DNA of 32,000 nt from Candidatus Nanosynbacter sp. BB002 (lineage in GTDB: Bacteria > Patescibacteriota > Saccharimonadia > Saccharimonadales > Saccharimonadaceae). The translations under genes and the position numbers were made by a program. Under the pieces are notes generated by a model, which did no database searches, was not told the DNA's origin, and saw only the letters and a list, made by a program, of their open reading frames with translations. The stretch lies in NCBI RefSeq assembly GCF_037013405.1, contig NZ_CP146064.1, forward strand, positions 750,001 through 782,000, in the 5' to 3' direction. Positions 1 through 9,088 of this stretch are shown one piece after another (within the stretch, counting starts at the first letter, position 1; every line of letters begins with the position of its first letter).

Positions 1-245
1 AAGAACAATTCTTCCAACGGAAATTCTGGAAATAAATACACGCCCGACATATACGGCGAATGTCCGCTGAGAAAGATACCGAGCGAGATACCACAAACAT
101 CCCACACGATGAACGCGCTGGTCATAATGAGCACGGTCAGTACTGTACGGCGAGCATCATACCAGTAGGCTAGCCTATACCACCAGTCCAGCACTGCCAT
201 CCCCACCCAACTAACAATAATTCCCGCTAAATACAGCCAACTCAT
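1..245 (-). CDS. Lycopene cyclase domain-containing membrane protein (CrtYc/Yd-like); C-terminus cut by window edge
   Basis: Not in the ORF track because it runs off the window. The ATG (245-243) overlaps the stop of the upstream desaturase as ATGA. AAGGAGG lies about 4 nt upstream. My translation is MSWLYLAGIIVSWVGMAVLDWWYRLAYWYDARRTVLTVLIMTSAFIVWDVCGISLGIFLSGHSPYMSGVYLFPEFPLEELF. It is hydrophobic and has a PLEE motif like small heterodimeric lycopene cyclases. It follows crtB/crtI in the operon. Confidence 0.45.
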   Translation of the reverse strand, partial: MSWLYLAGIIVSWVGMAVLDWWYRLAYWYDARRTVLTVLIMTSAFIVWDVCGISLGIFLSGHSPYMSGVYLFPEFPLEELF

Positions 246-1756
246 ATATCCTCCTTGGTGAGCGGTCCACGACAGCGGTTTCCCGTGATGCGCTTGTAGG
301 TCAGCTGCGCACTGATCAAGCACATCGGCAGACCTATCCCCGGTAGCGTCCCCGCACCAACATAATACAAATTTGGCACTTTTTTACTGCGATTACGCGT
401 ACGGAACATAACGCTTTGGCTGAGTAAGTGCGATTCACCACCAAAGGCGTTGTACTGCCAGGCATTAAATTGCTCGCCAAACTGCTCTGGACCATAGACA
501 AGCTGAGAAACAATTCGCTCAGGCAGATCAGGCTCGCCAGTCATCTCAACAAGAATCTGGATTATCTTATCCTTGCAAGACACTTCTTGTTCTGGCGTCA
601 GCGTTATGCCAGCTGGTAACGGCAGCAATACAAGCAAATTTTCATGCCCCAGCGGCGCCAAGTCAGGATCGGTCTTGGATGGGTTGCAGACGTAGAGCGA
701 GGCATGCTCTGGCACTGTGCCAGTTTCATAAATCGCCGCAAAGTTTTCACGCCAGTTTCTCACAAAGTAGAGATTATGATGTTGTAAATTCGACAATCCC
801 CCTTTGACACCCAGCGAAACCAGCAACGCGCCTGGCCCCGGCTGGCGTTTTTGCCAATACTTTTCGGGGTAGCTTCGAGCAGCTGGCGGTAATAATTTGG
901 TTTCAGTATGATGGATATCGGCTGCTGAAATTACCAAGTCAACCGCAATGTGTTCGCCGTTCATCAGTTCAATACCCGTGGCCTGATGACCATCCAGCAC
1001 AATCTGCTTTACCGGCGAATTATAATGATATTTCACACCCAAACTTTTTCCCAACCGCTCCATGCTATCCGCCAATTCCATCATGCCACGCCGCGGATAA
1101 TACACACCGCTACGAAAATCGAGATGACTCATCAGGCTGTAGACAGCCGGTGCTTGAAACGGGCTGGAACCCAAAAATACCATGTGATATTCTAGCAATT
1201 GTTTAAGCCGAAGATCCCGAAACCAGCGGCTCACATGAGCGTCCAGTGTCCGCCACACTAGCGGCAACATGGTCGGTAACTGGCGCAGAAGCGGCCACTG
1301 TAACACATCACCAACCCGCGTGAAATTGTTATACAGCGCGTGCTTCACCGCCACCTCATACACCTGGCTGCTACGCGTGACATAGCGCTGTAGTTTTTCA
1401 CCTGCACCGGGTTCAATTGCCTCAAATATTGCCATATCTTTATCAACATCACCCTGAATAATCAGTGGCTCATAGCCTTCACTCCACACCTTGTAGCCAG
1501 GCGAAAATCGCACCAAGTCGAGTTCTTGCTCAGCCGATCGATCAAACAATTGATAATACTGCTCAAAAATCTCTGGCATCAAATACCACGACGGGCCAAG
1601 ATCAAAGGTAAAGCCATCTTGCTTGACCACTTGAATCCAACCACCGGCTGACGGGTTCTTCTCGTATACCGCCACCTGGTACCCTGCTTTCGCCAGCAAA
1701 TTTGCCAGTGCCAGCCCGCCGTAGCCCGCGCCGATGATCACCGCTTTCTTTGTCAT
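242..1756 (-). CDS. crtI: Phytoene desaturase family FAD-dependent oxidoreductase (CrtI/CrtN type)
   Basis: 504-aa ORF. N-terminal Rossmann motif VIIGAGYGGLALANLLAKAGYQVAVYEKNPSAGG. C-terminal YYVGAGTLPGIGLP is typical of the CrtI family. The start overlaps the phytoene synthase stop (1753-1756). Confidence 0.8.
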   Translation of the reverse strand: MTKKAVIIGAGYGGLALANLLAKAGYQVAVYEKNPSAGGWIQVVKQDGFTFDLGPSWYLMPEIFEQYYQLFDRSAEQELDLVRFSPGYKVWSEGYEPLIIQGDVDKDMAIFEAIEPGAGEKLQRYVTRSSQVYEVAVKHALYNNFTRVGDVLQWPLLRQLPTMLPLVWRTLDAHVSRWFRDLRLKQLLEYHMVFLGSSPFQAPAVYSLMSHLDFRSGVYYPRRGMMELADSMERLGKSLGVKYHYNSPVKQIVLDGHQATGIELMNGEHIAVDLVISAADIHHTETKLLPPAARSYPEKYWQKRQPGPGALLVSLGVKGGLSNLQHHNLYFVRNWRENFAAIYETGTVPEHASLYVCNPSKTDPDLAPLGHENLLVLLPLPAGITLTPEQEVSCKDKIIQILVEMTGEPDLPERIVSQLVYGPEQFGEQFNAWQYNAFGGESHLLSQSVMFRTRNRSKKVPNLYYVGAGTLPGIGLPMCLISAQLTYKRITGNRCRGPLTKEDI

Positions 1757-2572
1757 AATCCCACTACTCCTCTCACAAATAATAGTAGCTTTACGCTGTT
1801 CGGTACCCGAATGCGCCTCGCTTTAATGTCGGCAACTGATGCTTTTTGTAGCCGCCGAAACAGTGCCTCATAATACAGCATACTAGTGCGTACAGCCCGC
1901 CGGATGATTAGTGGTAGCTGCTTGATATTTGTTTTAGCAAGGGCAAAATCCGCCGCGATATCCGCTTCGATGGCCCGCTTACTAGTCTCACTAAACGATG
2001 GATAATCAACGCCCGGGAAATACACCCGCCCCAACACTTCATAATCTGCCTTCATGTCACGCAAAAAATTCACCTTTTGATAGGCCGCACCCAAGTGGCT
2101 GGCACCATCACGCAACTTCCCATACTGAGCTGCATCGCCTTCGACGAACACCTTGAGACACATCAACCCCACCACTTCCGCCGAGCCGTAAATATAGCGT
2201 CGGTATGCCGCTTCATCGTATTCGGCGGTCATCATATCCATCCGCATACTTGCAAAAAAAGGGGGAAATTAACTCCCGTTCGATACCGTACTTTTGGGCT
2301 GTCAGAGCAAAGGCATGGACGATTGGATTGGTCGAATAGCCCTGCTTGCACGCCCGGTAAACCACTGATTCAAAGTTGTCTAGCTGAGCTATCGCATCAT
2401 CGCCGCGGTACGTGTCGACAATTTCATCCGCTAGCCGCACCATGCCATAGACTGCGTAAATATGCGGCCGAATTCGTGATGCAAACAGCCGGCTGCTCAT
2501 CGAAAACGAGGTCGAATACCGCCGAGTTAATCGCTCTGCCAGCTCGTAGCTCATTTGCTGGTATAATTCCAT
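1753..2572 (-). pseudogene. crtB: Phytoene/squalene synthase split by a 1-nt frameshift in a homopolymer tract
   Basis: Two ORFs (2213-2581 and 1753-2247) together make one roughly 285-aa synthase. The N-terminal part ends ...ERELISPFF. The C-terminal part begins (A)SMRMDMMTAEYDEAAYRRYIYGSAEVVGLM. The join lies at the minus-strand C5T7 run (plus strand A7G5, 2254-2265). Removing one T or one C gives ELISPFFASMRMDMM in a single frame. The likely start is the ATG at 2572 (MELYQQ) behind AAGGAAGG. Confidence 0.8.
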
Positions 2573-2600
2573 CAGCAGCACCTTCCTTGCATACTACTAA

Positions 2601-4757
2601 TTATACCCTAACGATATACCAAACTATCCAGTTAAACGACCATTTGCCAAACGTTATTTTCTGATAACGACAAGCGATGGTGATTGGGCCTAGTTTGATG
2701 CTATATGGACATTGCTTGGCAGCTGGATCTTCCGTCTGAGAATGAGCCGTCTTATTATCAATCTGTACAGTTGTGGATTTACCAACATACCCGTCAGCTT
2801 TCATACCCGTCACAGTGATTGTTCTGGTTTTTGATATATCGACATCGGTGATGTCAAGTTGTCGCTGCTCGCCGACCGCCCAGCCGAGGTTATTGTCATC
2901 CAGACGAATCAGCCAGCGCGAAGACAAATTATCAACTGGTTGCCAATTGAGCCGAATCGTCGCCGTATCGCCATTTCGCTCAATAATTTTTGCCGAGACC
3001 TGAGGCGCTCCAGGACCAACAGGCCGATTAGGCTTGATGCCAACTTTAACGGGCGCCGATACGTTTGATACTGTGTCGTTATCAGCACTCATTCTCACCT
3101 GCATGATGCCATCAAACTTTTCAGTGTAAACATGGCTAGCAACTGGGTTTGTCGTTGTTTGATCAATCTTACCATCGCCATCAAAATCCCATTCGTACTT
3201 TGTGATCTTGCCGTCAACGACATACGAATCACTGGCATCAAAAGTAATTTCCTGGCCAATATTTGCATAATATTCACCAATCTTCAACTTAGCGTTTGGA
3301 CGATTCTTGATTTTAGTTAAGGCTTTTGTTAGTGCGCCAATTGTATCATTCTCGCCACCACTAACAACGACTTGGCCCGAGGTTTGTTTAGCGACATCTG
3401 TGTACGAACTCGCTAGATGATGTTCCACGACCGGATACACGTTTACTGGATCAATTTCTAGCGAACGCTTAGCCACAGCCGCCACGGTCGAACCATCAAC
3501 CTTATCCGGCTCGTGATAGCCAGCATCGGTCAACAGAATTATCGCCTTCGTCGCTCCCTTCTGCCACTTCATCTCATTCATGGCCACCATACTAGCATGC
3601 AACGCCGCCTCTGGATCATCACCGCCGCCAGCAGCAGAAACACTATCAAGCTTGGTAAGCAGATCAGTGGTATCTGACTGTAAATCTGATAATTTTTTAG
3701 CAGTATATTCATCACCAGCATCACGATACACAACTAGTCCAACTCGTCCGTTCAGTTCTTTGATCTTTGAGCTATAATTCCTGATGAATGTTTTCATCTG
3801 ATCAATATATGGCGACATCGACCCGGTGGTATCCAAAACAAACACCACATCAGTTCCCGTCGTGCCCATATTATTGTTTGAACGCTTGTCATTGATTATT
3901 GGGCCGTCTTGCGGAGTAGACTGAATAGCCTTATTTAACCGAATAGCCGCCTCAAATACACCATCGTCGATTGGTCCATTGGTATTGGCATATTTACCAT
4001 GTCCATCTGTATCCCAAGCAAATTTTGAGCTGCCACATACATAGTCATGACCGAGACACCATAGTCCAGTCTTTACATTATCTTCGTCTGGCAAAAACGG
4101 TTTTCGTGCACCAAGTGCACCGTTATCAACGAAGCAGTTAGCAATTTCGCGGCGATAGGTTGATAATTCTTTCTTAAAGCACGCTGGCGGCAGGATACCT
4201 TCACCTTCTGGCAAATATAATTTAGGATCGCCAAACAACATCGTAAAGACTATCTTCTGCTTGATGTCAGATGATATGCCAGGCAAGGTCTGTCCAACCA
4301 CCTGCGCACCCTGTGAGTAACCTCCCAAAATGAAAAACTCTTTGGGACATTTGCGGTGGCGAGCAGTTAAATAGGCGTTCAATTCTGCGACACCTTGATC
4401 GACGCTTTTGCCATAATCATATCTCATACCACCACTCATCTTGGCGCCAATGGCGTTGCCATTCATAAGATTACTAACATTAACCGCTGGATATTGATTA
4501 CCCCCGTAACTTTCGCTGCCTAGTTCGTAGAAATTGAATTTGGATTTATCGCCAATCCTAGACAATAACTGACTCCTAAATCGTGCAGCTTCACCTTTAT
4601 CTTGACCAACCTCCTGACCAGAGCCCCTAGCAAATATCCCCGTAACCATCGTACATTTATTATTAACGTTCTCTGCCGCAGCATTAACATTAAAAGCAAC
4701 TAGATTGACAATTATAGCCGCTACAAGTGTATAGCTTATTACAGCTCGCTTCTTCAT
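2601..4757 (-). CDS. Secreted multidomain protein: cutinase-like serine esterase + von Willebrand A + PKD + FN3-like domains
   Basis: Signal-peptide-like MKKRAVISYTLVAAIIVNLVAFNVNAAA. Cutinase motifs: IFARGSGQ, GGYSQGAQVVG, LFGDP, and a later His. vWA MIDAS motif: VVFVLDTTGSMS ... ILLTDAGYHEPD. PKD motif: ITFDASDS...YEWDFDGDGKID. A C-terminal beta-rich FN3-like segment follows. I prefer the ATG at 4757 over the GTG at 4769. Confidence 0.75.
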   Translation of the reverse strand: MKKRAVISYTLVAAIIVNLVAFNVNAAAENVNNKCTMVTGIFARGSGQEVGQDKGEAARFRSQLLSRIGDKSKFNFYELGSESYGGNQYPAVNVSNLMNGNAIGAKMSGGMRYDYGKSVDQGVAELNAYLTARHRKCPKEFFILGGYSQGAQVVGQTLPGISSDIKQKIVFTMLFGDPKLYLPEGEGILPPACFKKELSTYRREIANCFVDNGALGARKPFLPDEDNVKTGLWCLGHDYVCGSSKFAWDTDGHGKYANTNGPIDDGVFEAAIRLNKAIQSTPQDGPIINDKRSNNNMGTTGTDVVFVLDTTGSMSPYIDQMKTFIRNYSSKIKELNGRVGLVVYRDAGDEYTAKKLSDLQSDTTDLLTKLDSVSAAGGGDDPEAALHASMVAMNEMKWQKGATKAIILLTDAGYHEPDKVDGSTVAAVAKRSLEIDPVNVYPVVEHHLASSYTDVAKQTSGQVVVSGGENDTIGALTKALTKIKNRPNAKLKIGEYYANIGQEITFDASDSYVVDGKITKYEWDFDGDGKIDQTTTNPVASHVYTEKFDGIMQVRMSADNDTVSNVSAPVKVGIKPNRPVGPGAPQVSAKIIERNGDTATIRLNWQPVDNLSSRWLIRLDDNNLGWAVGEQRQLDITDVDISKTRTITVTGMKADGYVGKSTTVQIDNKTAHSQTEDPAAKQCPYSIKLGPITIACRYQKITFGKWSFNWIVWYIVRV

Positions 4758-4809
4758 AAAGACTACCACCCCATCATCTTAATAATTAACAGTTCATACT
4801 TAAAACAAT

Positions 4810-5268
4810 TTAATCAATATTATCAACAAACCCCCTTTCTCTTACCGTTAGTCCTATACTCGTCATGTCATCACGATGTGAAACATTTATTCTATACTGA
4901 TAGCCATTTCTTTTTCCACTAAATTCACAAACGTCAAGGTTCTTATCCTTACATCTATCCTCTATTTCCAGTAATTTATCGTTATTAGTAAACTTCTTAA
5001 TATCATCATAATTTATAAAATCTTTATATACCCATGCTTTATAAACTTCTGGGCAGTTCCCCATTAGACATATAGCTTTTGGTGGTACAATGTCATGATT
5101 AGTCTGTTGCCACCCATCAAGCGGCCTAAAACTATCCGCCACCGCCTCGATATCTTTCGTACTACCTTGCCACAATACCAAACAAGCTACTAGTCCAACC
5201 AAGACCACCAAGCTGACAAATAAACATAAGGTTATCTTTTTTAAATTAATTTTTTTATTACCCTTCAT
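4810..5268 (-). CDS. Hypothetical small membrane-anchored, Cys-containing protein
   Basis: 152-aa ORF with a GGGAGG RBS 6 nt upstream of the ATG. N-terminal basic stretch plus a hydrophobic helix (possible lipobox LVAC). Very AT-rich coding sequence (19/60 GC in 4921-4980). I recognise no family. Confidence 0.6.
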   Translation of the reverse strand: MKGNKKINLKKITLCLFVSLVVLVGLVACLVLWQGSTKDIEAVADSFRPLDGWQQTNHDIVPPKAICLMGNCPEVYKAWVYKDFINYDDIKKFTNNDKLLEIEDRCKDKNLDVCEFSGKRNGYQYRINVSHRDDMTSIGLTVRERGFVDNID

Positions 5269-5285
5269 ATAGACCTCCCTATAAT

Positions 5286-5308
5286 CAAAAGACGCCCCAA
5301 AGGGCGCT
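5286..5308 (-). terminator. Possible weak intrinsic terminator after the acidic-protein gene
   Basis: Minus strand reads CGCCC-TTTG-GGGCG followed by TCTTTTGATT. The stem is only 5 bp, GC-rich, with a short T-run. It lies between the stop at 5395 and the next RBS. Confidence 0.3.
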
Positions 5309-5394
5309 TGAAAACTAAAATAATTGGCATATTGACTGGCGGTGCATAATCACAGACCATATACTGTTATTATAGCTTATGGTTTGTGCAATGT

Positions 5395-7701
5395 CTATCC
5401 TAGGCTCAGGTTATTTTCTCGCCCACTATAAACAACATAGACTGCCACCACCCCAACCAGTTTCGTTAACCATGAAACGACGCTGGCGCTACCAGTGGTC
5501 GGGGTTTTACTGTCTTCCGGATTCAGCCAACTGTCATCCATCCACAAGCCCAGCGATGGATGGTTTTTGATAATAAGGGAATCCTCGTCCGCGACGCTTA
5601 CTTCACTGCTATAGTTATACTCGTCAGAAGCAGCATCCGTTGCTAACTCATCTGGCTCATCTAACTCGAGCTCTGCTGACTCGGTCAATTCTTCATCAGA
5701 AACAGGCTCTTCCAGCCTTTCAGGTGGCAGCTCAACATCTGATCTTACGTCACCAATCTCTATAACCGCTGTCTTAATTTCATCATCGCACCACAAGTTG
5801 TTTTCTCCCGATGTTGTCATAATCACATCAGCCGGTTTCTCACGAGGCAAACCATATTTTTCCAGTGCTTGCGCTGGCGCCTCCTTTGACTCAACGGTAA
5901 GGGCCGATTTAATAGTCGGTAGAGCAGGGGCTACGAGTTGCTCCACTGGCTCATAGTCATCCTTGGTAATTTCAGACACTGATGCTACCTGGAGATTATC
6001 CAACGGCTCTGTAGATTCAACCTCATCAGCCACAAAAACTTCCAGCTCATCAATTTCTTCACCTGTCATAATCATCGCTTCCGCTAACGGGCCTGTTGTC
6101 ACTGCCTCATTCAAAGGCGCTTCTGGATCCGCCACTGACGACTGTTCAACAAAGAATACCACATCCTCCTCGGCCCAGACTTCTTCATCATTGACATGAA
6201 AATTCTCTTCTATTACCGCATCATCAAACTGCTCGACTAGGGAAGCCTGCGTTTCATAAACCGTCTGATCCACTACCAGTTCTTGACTACCACCCTGCGG
6301 TGGATCGGTCCAAAGTTCATCCTCATCAACAATAGTCTCGACAGGAATAACTGGAGTCGGTGCTTCTGGCTCGATTGCGGCATTCTCCGTCGGTACCACT
6401 TCCACCACCTCGTGTGCTACTGGCATATCAACAACAACAGATTGTGTTGAGTTATGATCAACCGCGGGCTCCTCACCTACAGAAGACACCTCCTCGCCAT
6501 ATTTAACATAATCTTGAATTGGTGACGTCATAACCACCGGCTGATCAGGCTGCTCCTTTACTGGCACTGACATCTCCACCGCAACCACTTTTTTGGCAGG
6601 CATTTCATGTTTCACATCTTCCATCGGTACATTAACTGGTGTGTCCGACATCCGGACAGAGGACCCCTGCTCAGTGACTAGCGGTGCGCTCTTTTCTTCC
6701 GGTTCACTCATTATACGATAGCTATTGTCATCATCCCCCGTGTCATCGGCTATGGTAGTATGTGGCAGCGTTTCTCTTGACGGCACCTCAACTGGTGATA
6801 CTGGCGACAAACTGTCAGTCGTATCCATCACCTCAACTAACTTTGGTTCTTTTACCTCAATTTGCGGGGACGCTTGAATATCACTCACCACCGTGTCAGT
6901 AAAATCGTCACTTACCTTTTTCGTATCCTCGACAATAGGCACGACTGGATCAGCTTCAACTGCCATCGGCGTTGGCAAAGCCACTTTATTTTCCGGTGTT
7001 AATTGCTCGCTCATCTCAACCGGTTCATCAAGGACAGGATTGGTAACTTGTGGCTTTGCCGCATAATCATCTACTCCCGCATCCTTCACAACTTCAATGG
7101 TAGTCTCCACTGCCTTAAAATCTTCCTCATCATGAACATTGCTCGTCTGCTCTTTGGAGCCGTCGTCTTTCTCTGTTACATTTTCACCATCCAGAGCCAC
7201 CTCCATCACATTAGGACTTGCTGCTTCTGACACCTCTTCAGTTTGACCCAAGTTGCCAGCCTCATCAGTCTCTGGCACCACCTGCGCCCAAACGATTTCA
7301 CCTGGCGCTTCGTCCTCTCGGAGTAATTGCTCCAAGGTGCTCAGCTGCTCTTCGGGCTGAAGGTCATTATTTTTCTCCATCATTGCGGCTTGACGATCTT
7401 GACATAGCCCCAAATTGACACAACCAAGGCACGCCGCTGTACCAAAGTTTCGACAAAGCTCAGGATCAATCGGTGCAGAGTATTCTTTTGTGTCATCATC
7501 AGACATAGCAGCATCAAGCTCGGCTTTACCACTAGCCACCGCCACCAAGTCAAACTGACTCACACCGTCAGTCACCGCTTCGTCAATGCCAAACGAAAAA
7601 TCCTCACCCTCACTACCATCTCTCAATGACGAAAATACATCAAAACCATCACCGTCAATTCCTGTCGGTGATAATTCTACGGTAGTCGTCGCCCCAATCA
7701 T
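5395..7701 (-). CDS. Hyper-acidic low-complexity protein with an N-proximal 4-Cys motif and a C-terminal transmembrane anchor
   Basis: 768-aa ORF dominated by E/D/V/P/T. Cys motif: CRNFGTAACLGCVNLGLC. Single C-terminal hydrophobic helix: VVSWLTKLVGVVAVYVVYSG. The start overlaps the upstream FNR-like stop as ATGA. Confidence 0.7.
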   Translation of the reverse strand: MIGATTTVELSPTGIDGDGFDVFSSLRDGSEGEDFSFGIDEAVTDGVSQFDLVAVASGKAELDAAMSDDDTKEYSAPIDPELCRNFGTAACLGCVNLGLCQDRQAAMMEKNNDLQPEEQLSTLEQLLREDEAPGEIVWAQVVPETDEAGNLGQTEEVSEAASPNVMEVALDGENVTEKDDGSKEQTSNVHDEEDFKAVETTIEVVKDAGVDDYAAKPQVTNPVLDEPVEMSEQLTPENKVALPTPMAVEADPVVPIVEDTKKVSDDFTDTVVSDIQASPQIEVKEPKLVEVMDTTDSLSPVSPVEVPSRETLPHTTIADDTGDDDNSYRIMSEPEEKSAPLVTEQGSSVRMSDTPVNVPMEDVKHEMPAKKVVAVEMSVPVKEQPDQPVVMTSPIQDYVKYGEEVSSVGEEPAVDHNSTQSVVVDMPVAHEVVEVVPTENAAIEPEAPTPVIPVETIVDEDELWTDPPQGGSQELVVDQTVYETQASLVEQFDDAVIEENFHVNDEEVWAEEDVVFFVEQSSVADPEAPLNEAVTTGPLAEAMIMTGEEIDELEVFVADEVESTEPLDNLQVASVSEITKDDYEPVEQLVAPALPTIKSALTVESKEAPAQALEKYGLPREKPADVIMTTSGENNLWCDDEIKTAVIEIGDVRSDVELPPERLEEPVSDEELTESAELELDEPDELATDAASDEYNYSSEVSVADEDSLIIKNHPSLGLWMDDSWLNPEDSKTPTTGSASVVSWLTKLVGVVAVYVVYSGRENNLSLG

Positions 7702-8360
7702 TGCTCAAAAAATGTCTCCGTTGAAATATACGATTCATTAACTCCAGCGGCGGTTAGTTTTTGCCAAACATCGCGTACAAACGGCAAGCTGCCGCAGACT
7801 AGAAAGTGCGCATCGTCCGGCGTTTCAGCGACGATTTTCGCCACCTCAAACCGCCCATTCCGCCAACCATCTGTTTCCTCAACCTGCTGGCGGGTACTAA
7901 ACTTATTGACCTGGATGGATGAGGCCGCTAACTCCTCGGTAAACACCATATATTCTGGCGATTTTTGGCTCAAATAGAGAAAGGCCGGCTGCTTGGCGTC
8001 CGCCAAAATACTCCAAATCGGACTGAGCCCGCACCCCGCCGCGATGCCAACCAGTGGCTGCTCAGTCTGCGGATTGAAATCGCCGTATGCCCGGCTAATT
8101 TGCAGCGTGTCACCAACCTGGCGTGAACACAAATAGCTGGAGAATTCACCGCCAACATTTTTCACGGTAATCGACATCAGCTCTTCACTCGGGCGCGAGG
8201 AAATACTATAGGCCTTGCCTTCGCGCACCTGGCTGCCCTCAATGAACACCGTGATGTATTGCCCCGCCATAAAATCAAACGGCCGCGCAACATACAGCGT
8301 TGTCACCTCAGGATTTTCCTGGCGCACCCGCACAATTTCGACAGTTAGTGAATCACGCAT
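7698..8360 (-). CDS. Ferredoxin/flavodoxin-NAD(P)+ reductase-like FAD-binding oxidoreductase
   Basis: 220-aa ORF. FAD-binding R-x-Y-S-type motif (GKAYSISS). NAD(P)-binding glycine motif (GIAAGCGLSPIWSIL). No Fe-S domain. Overlaps the nrdG 3' end by 16 nt. Confidence 0.65.
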   Translation of the reverse strand: MRDSLTVEIVRVRQENPEVTTLYVARPFDFMAGQYITVFIEGSQVREGKAYSISSRPSEELMSITVKNVGGEFSSYLCSRQVGDTLQISRAYGDFNPQTEQPLVGIAAGCGLSPIWSILADAKQPAFLYLSQKSPEYMVFTEELAASSIQVNKFSTRQQVEETDGWRNGRFEVAKIVAETPDDAHFLVCGSLPFVRDVWQKLTAAGVNESYISTETFFEQ

Positions 8361-9088
8361 TCCTCGACATACCTTTCCATTATGTTTTGAGCGGCCCTGA
8401 ATTCCTCATCAGTAAAGGTGTGGTAATTGGCAAATTTCGGACTAATGGTGGTGCCAGTGCGAAAATGCTGCAAGGCAAATCGCTTGGCGCCTTTAATCAA
8501 CTCGCCAATCTTTTCAAAATCCGCCACCTCCAGCTGCTCACGGACGATGGTCGTTCGAAATTCATGGCCAATTCCCGAATCAATCATCAGCCGCACATTA
8601 GCTTTGATTGCCGTGAGATCAATCGGCCGCGCCGCAATCTCCACGTATTTTTCTAGTGGACCCTTAACGTCCATGGCGATAAAGTCAATCGTCCCCTCCT
8701 CGACCATGCCGCGCACCATATCCGGGTGCGTGCCGTTGGTGTCTAGCTTGACATCAAAACCAAGCTGCTTGATCATCCGGCACAGCACCGGCAAATCTTC
8801 ATTGACCGTCGGCTCGCCTCCAGAAATCACCACGCCATCCAGTTTGCCAATGCGCGATTTTAGAAAAATCATCGCCTCCTCAACTGGGATGCTCGGCGCT
8901 AACCGCTCGGGCAACACCAGCTCAGGATTATGGCAATAACCGCAGCGCATATTACAGCCAGAGAGAAACAGCGCTGCCGCCACGTGCCCTGGATAGTCCA
9001 CCAGCGACAGCTTCTGAATCCCGCCGATCGCCACCTTAAGCTGGGACAGCGACGGCGTTGACTCGCTGATGTTCGGCGGCATCGTCAT
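8345..9088 (-). CDS. nrdG: Anaerobic ribonucleoside-triphosphate reductase activating protein (radical SAM)
   Basis: CNMRCGYCHN radical-SAM CxxxCxxC motif and a GGEPT motif. GAGGGAG RBS 5 nt upstream of the ATG at 9088. Lies immediately after nrdD, with a 53-nt overlap. Confidence 0.85.
   Translation of the reverse strand: MTMPPNISESTPSLSQLKVAIGGIQKLSLVDYPGHVAAALFLSGCNMRCGYCHNPELVLPERLAPSIPVEEAMIFLKSRIGKLDGVVISGGEPTVNEDLPVLCRMIKQLGFDVKLDTNGTHPDMVRGMVEEGTIDFIAMDVKGPLEKYVEIAARPIDLTAIKANVRLMIDSGIGHEFRTTIVREQLEVADFEKIGELIKGAKRFALQHFRTGTTISPKFANYHTFTDEEFRAAQNIMERYVEECVIH

Noticed and set aside
8427-8939. Long plus-strand ORFs (8427-8939, 2077-2664, 11344-11841, 9832-10266, 18374-18718, 13323-13631 and others) as possible genes.
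   Set aside because: All lie antisense within strongly supported minus-strand genes. They have no RBS and show low-complexity or Ser/Pro/Arg-rich translations typical of shadow ORFs.
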